DNA of 57,912 nucleotides from a bacterium (GTDB lineage Bacteria; Patescibacteriota; Minisyncoccia; UBA6257; 02-FULL-45-10c). The stretch spans positions 1 through 57,912 of the forward strand of contig JAUYKI010000008.1 of NCBI GenBank assembly GCA_030700025.1. Direction: 5' to 3'. The notes beneath the pieces are model-generated. The model saw only the letters and a list, made by a program, of their open reading frames with translations. It had not been told where the DNA came from and ran no database searches. Made by a program: the position numbers and the translations under genes. Positions 7,143 through 15,088 of this stretch are shown piece by piece. Within the stretch, counting starts at the first letter, position 1. Each line of letters starts with the position of its first letter.

Positions 7143-8612
7143 TTAAAGCTCCTCCAAATCTAAAATTTTATCAATTCGGATTTGTTTAATAAATTCCGGG
7201 ACGTGGCTGACTAAAATCATTCCGCCCGCGTATTTGTCCAAAGCCGCGGCAATTATCGGAATATGCCGGAAGTTAATATGGTTAGTCGGTTCGTCCAGAA
7301 TCAGCAATCCCGGCTTTTGAAGCGCCAGCCGCGCGAATGCCACCAATCCCTTCTGGCCTTCGGATAAATTCCCGATTTTTGCCCGCAAGATATGCTCGTC
7401 AATTAAAAACCCCGAGGCAATGGAGCGGAGCCGTTCCTGGGTCATGTCCCACTCCATAAGATCGCTGCCTGCCGATGCCAGCGACTCATACACGGTGTCT
7501 TCAAAGTTCAGAGTAGAGAAGTCCTGGCGGTAATAGCCGACCCGGATGCCCTTAGTAATGTGTTCGCCTTTAGCGTGGCCGGTTGCCAATTTTTCCAAAA
7601 GAGTAGTTTTGCCGATTCCGTTCGGACCGGTTAAAAGCAGATGTTCGTTTTTCTTTAAAATAACATTTACTTTTTTAACTGTTGGTTTGTGGTTTTTTAT
7701 CACGGAAACCGCGGTTAATTCCAAAAGCTGTCCGCTGATGTCCTCCTGGCAGGGGATAACAAACTTTCGGATGGTTTTATCTTCCTGGCGGACGTCCACC
7801 ATTTCTTCTTCCAATTCCTCAATTTTTTCCCGCATTTTCCTTGCCACGTCCCGCATGTGCCCGCCTTTTTGCCCGAAAAATCCTGCCTGCACCTTGCGGT
7901 GCGCGATATCGCTTTCCAGCCGGGCATTTTTTCTCCGTTCATTTTCCAGCCGGACTTTTATCTGCTCCACCACGTCAAAATAGTTTCCGACGTATTGTTC
8001 CACTTTCCGGGTAAAAATATCCAGATACAAAACGCCCTGGGTAAACGCGTTAAGGAAATCGGCATCATGGGAAATAACCACGCAGGTTTTTTTATAGTCT
8101 ATTAAAAATTTAGTCAGATGGGCGATGCCGGATTTGTCCAAGTTATTAGTTGGCTCATCCAGCAGAAGCAAATCCGGGTCCTGAATCAGCGCCGACGCCA
8201 AAAGAAGCCGCGCCTGCTGTCCGCCGGAAAAAGATTTAATTATCCGGTCATGCGGGGCTTTTAAGTTGACCACCTCCAAAACATCGTCAATCCGCGGGTC
8301 AATATCGTAAACCTTTTGAGAGAAGCATTTCTCAAAAAACTTTTGGATAGTCAGTTCCATCTGATCTCTGGGAATTACCTGTCTGGCGGTGGCAACGGTC
8401 AAGCCGTCCTCCAGGCTGATCTTCCCGGAATCCGGCTTCAACGCTCCGGTAATCAGCTGGAACATCGTGCTTTTACCGGCGCCGTTCTGCCCCATGAGAG
8501 TAACTTTCGCCCCCCGGCGGATGGAAAAATCCGCCTCTTTTAAAATTGGCTTATTATGCCCGAATTCAAAATTAACATTATTGAACCTTACGATTACTTC
8601 TTCTTTAGCCAT
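7143..8612 (-). CDS. ABC-F family ATPase (two ABC domains, no TM domain)
   Basis: Walker A GQNGAGKST and GPNGIGKTT. Signatures FSGGQQARL and LSEGQKGLV. Walker B LLLLDEPTN and LLILDEPTN. Basic interdomain linker. Confidence 0.9.
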   Translation of the reverse strand: MAKEEVIVRFNNVNFEFGHNKPILKEADFSIRRGAKVTLMGQNGAGKSTMFQLITGALKPDSGKISLEDGLTVATARQVIPRDQMELTIQKFFEKCFSQKVYDIDPRIDDVLEVVNLKAPHDRIIKSFSGGQQARLLLASALIQDPDLLLLDEPTNNLDKSGIAHLTKFLIDYKKTCVVISHDADFLNAFTQGVLYLDIFTRKVEQYVGNYFDVVEQIKVRLENERRKNARLESDIAHRKVQAGFFGQKGGHMRDVARKMREKIEELEEEMVDVRQEDKTIRKFVIPCQEDISGQLLELTAVSVIKNHKPTVKKVNVILKKNEHLLLTGPNGIGKTTLLEKLATGHAKGEHITKGIRVGYYRQDFSTLNFEDTVYESLASAGSDLMEWDMTQERLRSIASGFLIDEHILRAKIGNLSEGQKGLVAFARLALQKPGLLILDEPTNHINFRHIPIIAAALDKYAGGMILVSHVPEFIKQIRIDKILDLEEL

Positions 8613-8665
8613 AACAATAAAACTTTACTTTACTTTACTTTATTACAACACAAATCCCACAATAT

Positions 8666-8699
8666 AACATTCCGACATTCTCAAGAATGTTGGAATGTT
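8666..8699. repeat. Palindrome family copy (type B, imperfect) overlapping the stop codon of ArsR-2
   Basis: AACATTCCGACATTCTCAAGAATGTTGGAATGTT. Confidence 0.85.
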
Positions 8700-8956
8700 C
8701 TTATAAACTTTATAAACGTTTCTCCGTAGGGCGAAAGGGTATGTCCCACGTTGCGGCCCTGATATTTTTTATTGAGAAGTCCCGCTTGAACTAGCCGTCT
8801 CGTATGCTCAGAAACGGTTTTGAAATTTTTATCCAAATTTTCAGAAATCATTTCCAGGGTAATGTCGGGCCTTTGAGAAACTAAAAGCAAAATCTCAATA
8901 CGGGAGTGATTAGCCGCGCCCTTGAAATGCCTTTCTAATTGCTTCGCCGTTTTCAT
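8681..8956 (-). CDS. ArsR/SmtB-family winged-helix transcriptional regulator (paralog 2)
   Basis: Collinear with 6790..7059, with a large fraction of identical residues by eye (QLER.FKGAANH.RI....NFKT.S.HTR.LV.AGLLNKKYQGR.V.H.LSPYG). Confidence 0.8.
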   Translation of the reverse strand: MKTAKQLERHFKGAANHSRIEILLLVSQRPDITLEMISENLDKNFKTVSEHTRRLVQAGLLNKKYQGRNVGHTLSPYGETFIKFIRTFQHS

Positions 8957-8972
8957 GTCTGTTTATCCTACC

Positions 8973-9010
8973 ACAACATTCCGACATTCTCAAGAATGTT
9001 GGAATGTTGT
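8973..9010. repeat. Palindrome family copy (type B), about 17 nt upstream of the ArsR-2 start and downstream of the 1041-aa gene
   Basis: ACAACATTCCGACATTCTCAAGAATGTTGGAATGTTGT. Confidence 0.85.
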
Positions 9011-9048
9011 TTTGCGGCACTTTTGGCTTGGGGAAGGATTTTAAATAA

Positions 9049-12000
9049 TTAATCGGAACCCAGCATTCTTTTTTCCAGGCTGGAGATCAGCGAAACGCGT
9101 TCACGATTCAATCGCGAGTAATCGGAGATATGGTTTAAGCAATTCCGCAGAAGCTGGGGGTGATGGTTCAGCAGTTTCTGGAAATCATTTTTGCCGATAA
9201 ATAAGGCAACGGTTTCTTTATGGGCTTTTACGGTGCAAATCGCCCCAGTGTTTAAAATAACGGACCGTTCGCCAAAAAGCCCGAATTCTAATGGTTTGTC
9301 AGATAATTCAATCGGCTCAGTCTCGGAATCGGGTTTGGCCTGGCTTAGGATAACGGAGCCGCGGATTAGGATATAAACGCCCGCGGTTTTTTTGCCTTGC
9401 CGGATCAAACAATCGCCGGCGCTGAATTTCTTTTCCGAAGCTTTGTCGGCTAAAAATATCCGTATATCTTCGGGGTTAATTCCGTTAAATATCTCCAATC
9501 CAAAAACATTATTACCAACGCTGTTTTTTCTTTGAATCAAAACATTAGCGAGAAGCCTCCGGAGCTTTGGATAGGCGGTTTTCAACTTTCCTAAATCCTT
9601 TCTTTGGATTTCCAACAGGCGGCAGGAAGTTTCCGCTATCACTGTGGCAGTCCGCTTCCGATTTTTTTTCTCAAATACAATCGCTTCGCCGATGATAGCG
9701 CCCCGGTTGCTGATTTTCGCGATTTCCACTCCGCCTACCAAAACCCGGCAGGTTCCCTGGACTAAAATAAATAAAGAATTGGCTGGGTCTCCCTCGGAAA
9801 CGATAACCCCGCCCTTTGGGCGATCCACGGCTTTAAGATGCTGGGCTAAAATCCGCTGTTCACGGCGGTTGGATTTTAGATAATCAACCAGAGGAATATT
9901 TTTAAAATCCAAATTTTCACCAATCGGATAATCGGGCAGTTCGCACAGTTTTTCAATTTCCGCGCCCAGCATTTCCGGATTTATTCTGCCGGACCGGTAT
10001 TCTTCCACCCAGTATTTTAATTTTTCATTCAGTTCATAGAGGCTCGGAAAATTTCGATTGATGATTTTTAATTGGTCATTCCAATAAGAACGCCGCGGGA
10101 GGCACTTTTCCGAATCCAGGGCATCCAGCATTTTAAAAAGCGCGCGGATAAAGTTTTTCGTTTCGGATAAGAAGCCTCTCAATTCCTTATGCGTAACCAC
10201 GGCTTTTTCTTTTATAAAAATTTCCCCTTGGTTAACCTCTCCTTGGCTGATTAGCTGGGGTTCATAAACAATGCCCGGCTTCACCTGTGCCAAAGCGGTT
10301 TTTCTAATCAAGTAATTTAAAGCCCGCTCTTCTCTTTTGGACGAAAGGTTATAAAGCCCGGCCAGATGCCGGAATAAGTTAGACATGTCCAACAAGGCCG
10401 GATCTTGACCATCTGGAACAGGATTATATAAATTCAAGCTCGTTTTTTGAGGGCTGATTTTTTTGGCTAATTTTTCAAATTGGTCAGACAGCGCCAGGAC
10501 TTGTTTTGAGTGCTTAGAGAAAAAAATAGGGGAGCGGGCATCGTCTACGCCAAGCAGGGACAAAAGATAATTCCCTAAATATCGGCGCCTTTGCGCGGAA
10601 AATTGTTTTTCCACATCCGGGTTTTTTATTCCTTTTACTTTTGCCAGTTGCCGCAAAATTTTGATAAAGCCCGCTCCCTCGTAGCCAAAAAGGTTTTCAG
10701 AATACTTGCCGGAAGCGGAATGGTACGGACCCCGGTATTTCGTGAAAGAAACAGTTTCCGGGTCAATCAAATGGCCGGTCAGTGAATAATTTCCGACTGA
10801 CCATGCTCCCATTAATATCCGATAGGCAAAATATTGCGCGTCTAATTTGGCGTATTCGTCCAGAACTTTTGGAAAATCAACCGCAATGGACGGGGAATAT
10901 TCAATGTGGCTGGGCCGGTCCAGCGCGCCATCGTCAATCCGCACTAGCAACGCCGAAGGAATCGGATTGGCGCTCCATTTATATTGTTCGGTTTCTTTAA
11001 GCGCGATAACTACGGGGTGATGGACGGCATTTTTAGTAAAGTGATTCATCCACCTGGAAAGCACTACCCGCCGGAATGATCCCACTAATTCCATTTTTCC
11101 GGTGCTGTGGCTGGGAATCAGGCTAACACAAAGAGTTGTTTTACCGACGCCCATGACATTAAAATTCTTTCCGTAATAAACCGCTCTTCCGGAACCGAGA
11201 TTCCCGCTTAATCCAATGCCCGTAGAATCTTTTTGCCGGTCCGCGTAAACCGTGATTGGTTTGGAAGCCGGATTTTTATAGTTGAGCGCTATCGCGAAAT
11301 TCCGGACTTGTTCCGCCAAATCGCCTTCGTAGCCGCGATTTTTAAAATACGCCTGATCCGTATAAACTATTTCGTAATCTTTCGGATCCAGCCGCCGCGC
11401 CGTTTGCGGAACAAAAATAGATTTGCCCAATCTTTGCATAGCCAAGGGCATTTCCGCTAAATCGCTGGCCAAGTCAATGTAAGGTTTCCGAGCAATAATC
11501 CACCAAGCCGGATCGCCCTGCCGGCCGAAAGATTTATCCCAATATTGCTGTTTCAGGTAATTTTCGTAATAATCCCGCATTAATTCTATAACAATGAATC
11601 CGCTGTTTTGGCGTTTGGTTAATTGTTTTAAGGCTAATTTTTGGCTCGGGTATTGGCTGATGATAAACAAGTCGGGTTTTAATTTTTGGACAAAATCTTT
11701 CCAAAGGACGATCGTGGCCAAAACTCCGTGAATATAATCCCGGTTGCTTACGGAATCATAAAGTTTTTTAATGCTGGGCGGAACTTCCCATCCCGCTTCT
11801 CTTTCTTTGGAAAATAAAGAGGGCTCTTTTCCGCGCATGGCAAACGCTACCGCCATATCGTCAAACGGATGATTAGACAGCAGGGCATCCACCCGCGAAG
11901 GAATATCCTGGCCGATTTGCACGTCCTGTAAAAATTTTCTGACTAATTTTACGGAGGCTCGCGGCAAGATTTGTTTATATAATTTTTCCACGTGCGCGGC

Positions 12001-12174
12001 GGCGGAACTGTCCGGCTCGATTAGAATAACGGTCCCGGTAAATCCAATGAGGGCCAGCGCGTCGCCAATTTTTTTCTCGTAACCGGGCGCCACCTCCACT
12101 ACTACGCCATTAACGGGAATTGGGTTTTCTTGAAGCAATCTTTGCCAAATGTAGGAAACGAGCTTAATGTCCAT
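9049..12174 (-). CDS. 1041-aa multidomain protein: N-terminal Rossmann/SAM-MTase-like region, central SelO/YdiU-like (protein-kinase-like fold) region, and two C-terminal cyclic-nucleotide-binding domains
   Basis: N-terminus has VVVEVAPGYEKKIG...VILIEPD...LLSNHPFDD. The middle has LGSGRAVYYG..NVMGVGKT...STGKMELVGSFRRVVLSRWMN...ALLVRIDDGALDRPSHIEY...GAWSVGNYSLTGHLIDPETVSF, collinear with SelO motifs. The C-terminus has two CAP_ED-like units (GDPANSLFILVQGTCRV...GAIIGE and GKKTAGVYILIRGSVIL...FGLFGE). Confidence 0.6.
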   Translation of the reverse strand: MDIKLVSYIWQRLLQENPIPVNGVVVEVAPGYEKKIGDALALIGFTGTVILIEPDSSAAAHVEKLYKQILPRASVKLVRKFLQDVQIGQDIPSRVDALLSNHPFDDMAVAFAMRGKEPSLFSKEREAGWEVPPSIKKLYDSVSNRDYIHGVLATIVLWKDFVQKLKPDLFIISQYPSQKLALKQLTKRQNSGFIVIELMRDYYENYLKQQYWDKSFGRQGDPAWWIIARKPYIDLASDLAEMPLAMQRLGKSIFVPQTARRLDPKDYEIVYTDQAYFKNRGYEGDLAEQVRNFAIALNYKNPASKPITVYADRQKDSTGIGLSGNLGSGRAVYYGKNFNVMGVGKTTLCVSLIPSHSTGKMELVGSFRRVVLSRWMNHFTKNAVHHPVVIALKETEQYKWSANPIPSALLVRIDDGALDRPSHIEYSPSIAVDFPKVLDEYAKLDAQYFAYRILMGAWSVGNYSLTGHLIDPETVSFTKYRGPYHSASGKYSENLFGYEGAGFIKILRQLAKVKGIKNPDVEKQFSAQRRRYLGNYLLSLLGVDDARSPIFFSKHSKQVLALSDQFEKLAKKISPQKTSLNLYNPVPDGQDPALLDMSNLFRHLAGLYNLSSKREERALNYLIRKTALAQVKPGIVYEPQLISQGEVNQGEIFIKEKAVVTHKELRGFLSETKNFIRALFKMLDALDSEKCLPRRSYWNDQLKIINRNFPSLYELNEKLKYWVEEYRSGRINPEMLGAEIEKLCELPDYPIGENLDFKNIPLVDYLKSNRREQRILAQHLKAVDRPKGGVIVSEGDPANSLFILVQGTCRVLVGGVEIAKISNRGAIIGEAIVFEKKNRKRTATVIAETSCRLLEIQRKDLGKLKTAYPKLRRLLANVLIQRKNSVGNNVFGLEIFNGINPEDIRIFLADKASEKKFSAGDCLIRQGKKTAGVYILIRGSVILSQAKPDSETEPIELSDKPLEFGLFGERSVILNTGAICTVKAHKETVALFIGKNDFQKLLNHHPQLLRNCLNHISDYSRLNRERVSLISSLEKRMLGSD

Positions 12175-12258
12175 GAATTAAGTATAACAATCTAGGGGGC
12201 TTTATAGATCGGATCTTTTGATTGAAAAATGCCCCGTGATAATTTATAGTATCACTAT

Positions 12259-12355
12259 TGCCGGATCATCCCTGGCCCCTCGTCGGGCAAGCGGAACAGA
12301 CTAATGGCAAAATAATGCCGGATCATCCCTGGCCGGGCAGGCTAATGGTAGAATA
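12259..12355 (+). repeat. Two degenerate direct copies of the 5' part of tRNA-Gln (TGCCGGATCATC ... CTAATGG), each with an insert in the D-loop position
   Basis: 12259..12309 and 12316..12355 share AATAATGCCGGATCATC and CTAATGGTAG with the genuine tRNA at 12611. Both lack anticodon and T arms. Confidence 0.8.
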
Positions 12356-12357
12356 CA

Positions 12358-12606
12358 ATGAAGTACTTTGTTTATATTTTACAAAGCTTAAAAGATGATG
12401 GGTTTTACGTAGGAATGACCACTAACCTTGAAAAACGATTAAATTATCACAATAAGAGGTTGGTAAAATCGACAAAGCATAGAGTTCCCTTTAAACTTAT
12501 TTATAATGAAAGCTTTGGTGATCGAAAAACAGCTAGAGACAGGGAGAAATATTTAAAGAGCTATAAAGGATCCAGAGAAAAGTTAACAATCCTGGAAAAT
12601 TTATAA
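12358..12606 (+). CDS. GIY-YIG nuclease family protein (small, YhbQ/UPF0213-like)
   Basis: YFVYILQS..DGFYVGMTTNLEKRLNYHN....ST..R.PFKLIY.ESF....A..REKYLK. Confidence 0.85.
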   Translation: MKYFVYILQSLKDDGFYVGMTTNLEKRLNYHNKRLVKSTKHRVPFKLIYNESFGDRKTARDREKYLKSYKGSREKLTILENL

Positions 12607-12610
12607 ATAA

Positions 12611-12681
12611 TGCCGGATCATCTAATGGTAGGATAGCGGACTCTGAATCCGCTCATCTTGGTTCGAATCCAAGTCCGGCAG
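12611..12681 (+). tRNA. tRNA-Gln (anticodon CTG)
   Basis: Manual cloverleaf: acceptor TGCCGGA/TCCGGCA (U1:A72, G73 as in bacterial tRNA-Gln), D arm ATCT..GGAT, anticodon stem GCGGA/TCCGC with loop CTCTGAA, and T arm CTTGG-TTCGAAT-CCAAG. CCA is not encoded. Confidence 0.85.
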
Positions 12682-12796
12682 CACCAGTCAGCGCAGTATC
12701 GAGGGACCGAGACCCTTCGGTTCTAGACCGAGGCGTCTCAAACTCACTGACCTCTTTTTCCTACAATGTCATACCGGCTGAGCGCCGTATTCAAAC

Positions 12797-12823
12797 CAAA
12801 AAATCGCCTTAGGCGATTTTTTT
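12797..12823. terminator. Bidirectional rho-independent terminator
   Basis: AAAAAATCGCC-TTA-GGCGATTTTTTT. Confidence 0.65.
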
Positions 12824-12934
12824 GGTTTACATTGCCTGTCAAAGTTTATAAGATGGGCCCCTGAAATTTTTAAGGTAGTAAATTTTTATTTTTTTAAACT
12901 ATTTCAATTGAAACACCCCCCCCTCCATTCCTTC

Positions 12935-13738
12935 CTATCTGTAAATTTTTGATAAAATATTTTTTAAATGAGTACCATAAGATCTAATTTCATCAATATT
13001 TACCAATGTAAATTCATCGTGAATAACATTATCTGTGAGTGTTTTATATCTTTGAACCTGACTCAATTCCTGAATTAAACTTTGATTTGCCCTATCTCCC
13101 TTTATAGGGTTATTTTCAATATGTTTTATCAACACACTTAATCCGTCGCCTTTAAGAACTAAACCTCTTCCTTCTATTTGAAGATAATATTTTAGCGCCA
13201 AAAGTAGAATAGTTCTATATTGATGTGCGATTAAATTTGAATATGATAAAAATTTTTCTTTTGGCAAATCATTTATTTCGTCTATGAGAATTTTCATCTT
13301 ATCTGATGCTTTATTCGGTTTATCAATAAAAGTTAATAATTGCTGTAATAAAAATTGTTTCCCAGCTTCCATTTTTTTTCTTGGTCTAATAAAGTTCACC
13401 TGAGCATCTTTTAAATAAATTCCGCTATGATAGATGAAACTATTATGAGCGGGCGCCTTATCAATTTTACCTTTCACGTGGGCTAAATAGTAAAAAAATT
13501 TATCAATTTCCGGATATTGTTCAATACTAGACTTACATATAATAGCAGGGTCAGAATTGCCCTCTTGATCGTAAAACTTAAGCGCCAGCTCTCCACCCCC
13601 AAGATTAAATGGGGCTACGAGGATCAAGTCATCTTCAAATTCATGCCCTAAAAAAGTTGAGTGAATATCCTGCCGCTGAAATGGCGTTTTATTTTTTAGG
13701 GCTTCTTTTATTTGATTTAAATTGAGTGTAGTAGTCAT
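12935..13738 (-). CDS. Hypothetical protein (last gene of the RM/Vsr operon). The C-terminal helical region has one Rx4H motif
   Basis: 267 aa, AT-rich, with a 7-nt gap to the upstream gene. IRSYGTHL near the C-terminus is the only HEPN-like hint. Confidence 0.5.
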   Translation of the reverse strand: MTTTLNLNQIKEALKNKTPFQRQDIHSTFLGHEFEDDLILVAPFNLGGGELALKFYDQEGNSDPAIICKSSIEQYPEIDKFFYYLAHVKGKIDKAPAHNSFIYHSGIYLKDAQVNFIRPRKKMEAGKQFLLQQLLTFIDKPNKASDKMKILIDEINDLPKEKFLSYSNLIAHQYRTILLLALKYYLQIEGRGLVLKGDGLSVLIKHIENNPIKGDRANQSLIQELSQVQRYKTLTDNVIHDEFTLVNIDEIRSYGTHLKNILSKIYR

Positions 13739-13745
13739 TGTAAAA

Positions 13746-14066
13746 TTAATTTCTATTTAATAATGAATCTATATATTTTTTATTTATTATATGAGTAATA
13801 ACTCCGCCGATAATCATTATTGGTAAGCTTAAAAGCAATAACTGATAACCCTCTGATAATTTATTCCATCCAATATTAAAAAAGTTTGATACATAAGATA
13901 TCTGTTCAAAAAATACTGAATTTAATATCAAGGTTATTAAAATGGCAAAAATTAACGATACAACATAAATAAGCCTTTCTATTATATTTAAAAGCTTATT
14001 GAATTTTTTAGGAAAATCACTGATCTTTTCGTCTCCGTTTATACCCAAACTTTTTAAGTTTTTCAT
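13746..14066 (-). CDS. Small two-TM membrane protein
   Basis: Two hydrophobic helices (LIYVVSLIFAILITLILNSVFF and LLLLSLPIMIIGGVITHII). Confidence 0.5.
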   Translation of the reverse strand: MKNLKSLGINGDEKISDFPKKFNKLLNIIERLIYVVSLIFAILITLILNSVFFEQISYVSNFFNIGWNKLSEGYQLLLLSLPIMIIGGVITHIINKKYIDSLLNRN

Positions 14067-14128
14067 AAATTTAAAATCGGCATTTAGCCGATTTATATAA
14101 AATAACAGAGAATTGTTAGATAGGCAAA

Positions 14129-14653
14129 TTATTCTTTAATATTTGCAGTTGCAATAAGAGCTGCTTTAAAAAAAGTTTCTCTATCTTCTAAATCTAAATT
14201 CAGATTCCCGGGGAGAGAAAAAAGCTTTTTTTGTTCCTCGCTAGAGAAAATATCTGGGTTCTTCATAAAAAACCATACATAAAATATTAAGAATAATTTT
14301 GGCAATTTTTTAGTCAATCCTTGATATAATCGAACACTATCGTATAGATAAAAATTAGAAAGTTCCGTATTAAAATTTAATATGTTATCCGCATCTTTAT
14401 CAGCGTGCTTGAAAAAATTTTTTGCTTCGTTCATTTTAATACTAATTTCTTTTCGTTTTTCTTCTTTAATCATTGTCATTCCCCACTGAGTAACGCTTTG
14501 AAGATTTTGGGCCTTACCCAAAGTTTCTAATATCTCATGTGCTGCCCTGGTCAAAGTATGTATTGAAACTGGCTCATTATTTTTAAAAAATAAAAAAATA
14601 GCAGTTTCGAGTTGTCGCTTAGCGGCTTCAATTTTTGGAATACTCATTTTCAT
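14129..14653 (-). CDS. Hypothetical all-helical protein
   Basis: 174 aa with an 11-nt gap after vsr. No recognised motif (AAHEILETLGK, NFFKHADKDAD). Confidence 0.5.
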   Translation of the reverse strand: MKMSIPKIEAAKRQLETAIFLFFKNNEPVSIHTLTRAAHEILETLGKAQNLQSVTQWGMTMIKEEKRKEISIKMNEAKNFFKHADKDADNILNFNTELSNFYLYDSVRLYQGLTKKLPKLFLIFYVWFFMKNPDIFSSEEQKKLFSLPGNLNLDLEDRETFFKAALIATANIKE

Positions 14654-14664
14654 AAATTCTTTAT

Positions 14665-15066
14665 CTATTTCAAAAATTTAACAATTTCATTAACCGCCTT
14701 ACTCGGATTTTTCTTTATTTCATGTTCCCAAATTCTAAAAATCTTCCACCCTTGTTTTTTATAGTATTTAGAAACTTCTTTGTCCCTTGCCGTATTCTTC
14801 GCAATTTTTTGTTTCCAATAAGTTTTATGATTAGTTGGAATGCGACAATGTTTTTTACAGCCGTGCCAAAAACAAGAGTCAACAAATATAACAGTTTCAT
14901 GCCGTTTCAAAACAATATCCGGCTTGCCAAAGTATGTGCCGGAGTTTTTGCGATAGCGAAAACCGCGTTTCCAAAGTGCTTTGCTAAATAATGCTTCAAT
15001 CTTGCTGTCTCGGCTTTTTATCCGAGACATTATTTCGCTTCGCTTTTGTTTTGAAACAGTATCCAT
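14665..15066 (-). CDS. vsr: Very short patch repair endonuclease (Vsr)
   Basis: RSEIMSRIKSRDSKIE...FRYRKN....GKPDIVL.....IFVDSCFWHGC...P..N..YW..KI..N..RD matches the Vsr family. Confidence 0.9.
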   Translation of the reverse strand: MDTVSKQKRSEIMSRIKSRDSKIEALFSKALWKRGFRYRKNSGTYFGKPDIVLKRHETVIFVDSCFWHGCKKHCRIPTNHKTYWKQKIAKNTARDKEVSKYYKKQGWKIFRIWEHEIKKNPSKAVNEIVKFLK

Positions 15067-15088
15067 ACATACGCTAAATTTAAATTTA

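Noticed and set aside
7546-8667. Several 75-145-aa plus-strand ORFs inside the ABC-F gene. Similar antisense ORFs lie inside the 1041-aa gene, helicase, gltX, T4CP-like, serS and other genes
   Set aside because: They lie antisense to long ORFs with unambiguous conserved motifs and have low-complexity composition and no ribosome-binding sites. They are typical shadow ORFs.
12259-12355. tRNA-like fragments upstream of the GIY-YIG gene as additional tRNA genes
   Set aside because: They contain only the acceptor 5' strand and part of the D arm. There is no anticodon arm, T arm or 3' acceptor strand.
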